Assembly: GCA_965243525.1 (NCBI GenBank)
Contig: OZ251568.1
Span: 258,236 to 322,235, forward strand
Source of the DNA: Spirochaetia bacterium
GTDB lineage: Bacteria > Spirochaetota > Spirochaetia > WTKD01
DNA: 64,000 nt
Direction of reading: 5' to 3'
Shown here: piece after piece, positions 60,537 through 64,000 of the stretch
Numbering within the stretch: the stretch's first letter is position 1
Layout of the letters: each line of letters begins with the position of its first letter
Notes under the pieces: generated by a model
Told to the model about the DNA's origin: nothing
The model's input: the letters and a program-made list of their open reading frames with translations, nothing else
Databases searched by the model: none
Position numbers and translations under genes: made by a program

Positions 60537-60693
60537 TGCAGCATCATGGTTATACTAATGATCAAAAAGATTCGTTTCTTTGTTGATTCTTTGATTTTGC
60601 CTGCTGAACAGCCCGCACATGAATATTGATACCCTTTGAAACTAGGATTCCTAGCAGGTGGATGGATCTCTGAATAGAAACCCATCCTTAGGA

Positions 60694-61338
60694 TCATCTC
60701 ATATACAAATATACTTCATCGAGATAGACCGTCCCTGCACTCACAGGTTGACCATTAAGCGTGAAATCCTTGATTCGAAAAAATCTGAACTCATCGTAGA
60801 CTTTCTCGCTAAGAAGGTAGTATAAGTCAATTTCAAATCGATTCCAAACGCCAGACCCTGCTATCCACCTGATCTCTGCTACACTATCAGTCCAATCATC
60901 GTTCACATTGTCCTTGCTTCTCACTCCTACTTCAACCGTAAACCCGTCAATCAGCGCAGTATCAGTAGCAAGAGAAAACACTAGTGTTCTAATAAGATCA
61001 TTATCTCTAAATGCGATGGACTTGAATGGTTCTGCTCTTAATACAAATCCTGCACCTAGATCAATAATCTTGATCTCATACATCGCTGCGCCATCCATTG
61101 GGTCTAGCTGAACTGCACCCACTACCCCTGCATTCACCTCGGCAAGAGTTGCAAAACTAGGTTCTTCACGAAAAGTTACAACAGAAGGATAAGTCTCTGA
61201 ATAGATAGCTGCCCGTTGGAGATTACTCGTACTCGCCCCACCAGATACGATCGAAGCTCCCGCACCACTTGGCGTACAGGCAACAAAAACTATAGCCACA
61301 AGGCCTAGACAGATCAGATATATTCCATATTTTTTCAT
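60694..61338 (-). CDS. Paralogous family lipoprotein L1
   Basis: 214 aa. Signal plus lipobox (FVACTPS). C-terminal VYLDEVYLYMR. Confidence 0.6.
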   Translation of the reverse strand: MKKYGIYLICLGLVAIVFVACTPSGAGASIVSGGASTSNLQRAAIYSETYPSVVTFREEPSFATLAEVNAGVVGAVQLDPMDGAAMYEIKIIDLGAGFVLRAEPFKSIAFRDNDLIRTLVFSLATDTALIDGFTVEVGVRSKDNVNDDWTDSVAEIRWIAGSGVWNRFEIDLYYLLSEKVYDEFRFFRIKDFTLNGQPVSAGTVYLDEVYLYMR

Positions 61339-61621
61339 TTCATACCTCCAGTATGTATATAAATTCCATGAGAGCTCCCATGGTTTGTAGATCTCCCACT
61401 GCTACAGTATGCAATGCTGTATCGATTACACGTTGCACATACAGCATTGCTCTTAGAATATAATACATGTTGACTAAAAAGGCTAATTTTTTTACTGATT
61501 TTTTTGATTTTTTTTGCTTGCTCTAGCTCATCAAATGTTTTTTTTTGCTTGAATGTTGTGAATGTTTTCTATGCGAACATGCTCGCAGAATAGTTGCGGT
61601 CTGTATGGAAGATCGTGGTGC

Positions 61622-62425
61622 TTATTGTAGTCTCGGAGGATCGTTTAAAATAACCGAACTATACCAAATATACCATGGGTCCTCCACGGGAGTCGAATCA
61701 AAGTATATATTATCGAGATACACTATTCCCCGCGAAGCCCAAGGAATAGGTGCAGGTGCATTTTGACCGTCTCTTCTTTCTCCAGGAGAGTGGATATTAA
61801 GGTATTCTGTGATATCAGCAAGGTCTAGATCAGGGGTAGCAAGTTTAAATTCGAACAATGGAATTCGAACCGTGTGCCAATCACCGTCTGATTCAGAGAT
61901 ATAATCAGTGAAGCCACGGGCACCAACATTGTCTTCTTCATCAAGAAATTCTATTGTAGCACTTACCCTATTCGTCGCAGTACCTGAGGTCAATACAGCG
62001 TAGAAACGAGTGGGGTCCGGGTCTAACCCTTCATAATTGATAGAAAACACCAGTGATCCATGTCTAAACTTTCTCATGTCGACAGAACTTGCTCTTGTGT
62101 TAACCTCGAATTTGATACCCCCATAGACCGCCTGTTGGAAATCAATCTTATACATACTATTTCCATCTACTGGATGTACACCATCATCAGGGCCGGCAAC
62201 TGTCTCATAAGACACCGTTCCATCTGTTTGTCCTGTATTGTCCGCAAAAATTGTTGAATAATGAACAATAGGCTCAATCATCTCGTTTTCCATAGAAGGA
62301 TAGGTCTCTGAAAACAAACCTCGCTGAACAATCTCTATTGGACCACTTGCATTGTTCGGTTCACACGAAACAAGGAAGATACCTACAAGACCTAGAAAAA
62401 GTGGGTATACTATATTTTTTCTCAT
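61622..62425 (-). CDS. Paralogous family lipoprotein L2
   Basis: The start is set at MRKNIV. Lipobox LVSCEP. ...DWHTVRIPLFEFK...ADITEYLNI...VYLDNIYFDSTP. Confidence 0.6.
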   Translation of the reverse strand: MRKNIVYPLFLGLVGIFLVSCEPNNASGPIEIVQRGLFSETYPSMENEMIEPIVHYSTIFADNTGQTDGTVSYETVAGPDDGVHPVDGNSMYKIDFQQAVYGGIKFEVNTRASSVDMRKFRHGSLVFSINYEGLDPDPTRFYAVLTSGTATNRVSATIEFLDEEDNVGARGFTDYISESDGDWHTVRIPLFEFKLATPDLDLADITEYLNIHSPGERRDGQNAPAPIPWASRGIVYLDNIYFDSTPVEDPWYIWYSSVILNDPPRLQ

Positions 62426-62673
62426 TGCATACTTCACTATATATTAACCCGTTTCTTGAGAATTCTCAAGATTTGCGGAGCTCCATCACCACACCATGTG
62501 GTTTGCTGTGTCTATAATACAGCGCGTCGCATACATGGCTTTATTATACCTATAGAGTATAATACAGAATATTCCACATAGCCAATTACATTATGCATTT
62601 TTTTTGTCTACTGAATAGCCATCAGAGCTCCTCGCCTTGATCGACGACCTCAGAATCTCCCTTTCGGCATTTT

Positions 62674-62729
62674 TGCAGAATAAATGTGATTTAGCGTGGA
62701 GTTTATTGCTATTTTAGGAGTTTGATTGC
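62674..62729. repeat. Intergenic repeat, copy A (TGCAGAATAAATGTGATTTAGCGTGGAGTTTATTGCTATTTTAGGAGTTTGATTGCC)
   Basis: Near-identical to copy B at 63752-63807 (about 90% identity). Confidence 0.8.
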
Positions 62730-62856
62730 CCTGAAATCGAGATTCTTCACCCCTATTTTGCAGGGGATGTAAGACGATGTTCTTTCAGAAACACACCAAA
62801 GAGCAGTCCCCCATCCTCAATTTCTTGCTTAAAAAGTCAAACTATCTCAAAAATTC

Positions 62857-63501
62857 TCACTGTGTCATATCAAAATATACGTTATCGAGATAAGCTTCTC
62901 CATTCAAGAGTACACCAGTGCCATACCCAGGACGCCCGATTTCAAAATATCTTGTAATATCAGCAAAATCTAGATCGCTATTCTGAGTCTTAAAATCCGC
63001 CAGAGGAATTCGATACGTGTGCCAGTCATCCTCCTGGTCAGAAGTATAATCAAACATATTTAAAGTAGCTGTGTTCTCTTGATTCATACCTGTTCCTGAT
63101 TGCATTATTATTGAAAACTGAGTAGGTTCTGGATTCAGATTTTTATAGTAAATAGAAAACACAATGGACCCATTTCGATAACTCGTGATATCAATAGGAA
63201 CTGCATCTTGTGTGTTAGTGAAATAAAGGCTGCTCAACTTGCTTAGTTGCTGAAAATTTAGTTTAAGCATCTTCGACCCATCTATCGGATTCACCCCTCC
63301 CCCAGGACCAATCTCTGCAATACCTTCTAGGAGTCCTCGATTAGAAAGGTATACAATTGTATTTGCTAGAGCTGTATAACTACTTGAATACAAACCCACT
63401 TGAGGCCTTTCGACTGCATCACCTGCACCGTTCAGCCCACAGGCAGCAATAACAACACCCAAAAGCCCCACACAAACTACATATATTCTATTTTTTTTCA
63501 T
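62857..63501 (-). CDS. Paralogous family lipoprotein L3
   Basis: The start is set at MKKNRIYVV. Lipobox IAACGL. ...DWHTYRIPLADFK...ADITRYFEI...AYLDNVYFDMTQ. Confidence 0.6.
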   Translation of the reverse strand: MKKNRIYVVCVGLLGVVIAACGLNGAGDAVERPQVGLYSSSYTALANTIVYLSNRGLLEGIAEIGPGGGVNPIDGSKMLKLNFQQLSKLSSLYFTNTQDAVPIDITSYRNGSIVFSIYYKNLNPEPTQFSIIMQSGTGMNQENTATLNMFDYTSDQEDDWHTYRIPLADFKTQNSDLDFADITRYFEIGRPGYGTGVLLNGEAYLDNVYFDMTQ

Positions 63502-63751
63502 TTCATATCTCCAAAATATGTATATTTCTTTCGTGGAAACTGTCAAGACCTGAAGCCCCCATTCATTACACTATATAGCCCGTTGCATATATAATTGCGA
63601 ATCATATACACATCTTGACCATCAGAATATAATGCGTATTTTTCGAGGAAACCAATTTCTTTATTGTTATTTTAGATTTTTTGCTTAATGCCTGCCATCA
63701 AGATTCTTGTCTTGCTTGAATATCGTGAAAATCCTCTGTGTGGAATATTTC

Positions 63752-63890
63752 TGCAGAATAGATGTGATTTAGCGTGGGATTTGTTGCTATTTTAGGAGTT
63801 TGATTGGCTGTGAAATTAAAAATCAGGGATGCAAAGGGCCGCTGCTTTGCAGAAATGCTTCACAAGGTGGGCAGCTGCATCCCAGTTTTA
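63752..63890. repeat. Intergenic repeat, copy B, with a distal part related to 60148-60266
   Basis: The first 56 nt match copy A. The following GGCTGTGAAAT...GGATGCAAAGGGCCGCTGCTTTGCAGAAATGCTTCACAAGGTGGGCAGCTGCATCC matches 60148-60266, including a GGATGCA/TGCATCC stem. Confidence 0.7.
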
Positions 63891-64000
63891 AGTAAAGGGT
63901 CGAGTTATGTCGAGAAATCGCTATCGAGTCAAAAGATATTTCATCAAGACTTATTCATCTGAAGATTAGCCGGAGCTTCCCTCATCTGTCGTCGGTCCAT

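Overview
The window appears to be 64 kb of a moderate-GC (roughly 45%) bacterial chromosome. The gene content is spirochete-like (GLUG-motif lipoproteins, many CUT1 sugar ABC transporters, TctABC, ankyrin lipoproteins), but the taxon is a low-confidence guess. The first ~34 kb looks like ordinary core or metabolic DNA, in this order:

- 1-11.5 kb: a long minus-strand polyol catabolic locus. It holds two paralogous DhaK-DhaL-RpiB triplets flanking a Zn alcohol dehydrogenase, an SDR and a sugar ABC importer with two ATPases. This is consistent with a tetritol (erythritol/threitol) pathway.
- 11.6-17.5 kb: a GH16 glucanase and a GH43_11 beta-xylosidase with a second sugar ABC system that lacks an ATPase.
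- 17.8-34.4 kb: housekeeping genes, including a SufE-like protein translationally coupled to cysS, tRNA-Met, a LysM-M23 peptidase, two secreted ankyrin-repeat proteins, an AzgA purine permease, TctABC and RarD.
- 34.6-35.0 kb: an orphan 5S rRNA plus tRNA-Pro transcription unit.

From about 35.2 kb to the window end the character changes to an accessory-type region dominated by paralogous secreted lipoprotein families and a phage-derived module:

- two GLUG-motif lipoproteins;
- a tandem array of four PLC-like (PI-PLC X-box-like) lipoproteins, whose duplications each carried along a remnant of the 3' end of the adjacent S24 repressor gene;
- a phage-tail-only module with a cI/LexA-like repressor plus operator, a Mor-like activator, a tail-terminator-like gene, a major tail protein, G/GT chaperones with an A-AAA-AAC -1 frameshift site, a short tape measure protein, a 2641-aa fibre protein built from GLUG and GGLVG repeats, and a Tfa-like chaperone. 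No head, lysis or integrase genes are present, which makes it a tailocin-like candidate;
- a second paralogous lipoprotein array with duplicated intergenic elements.

No CRISPR array, restriction-modification system or IS element was seen.
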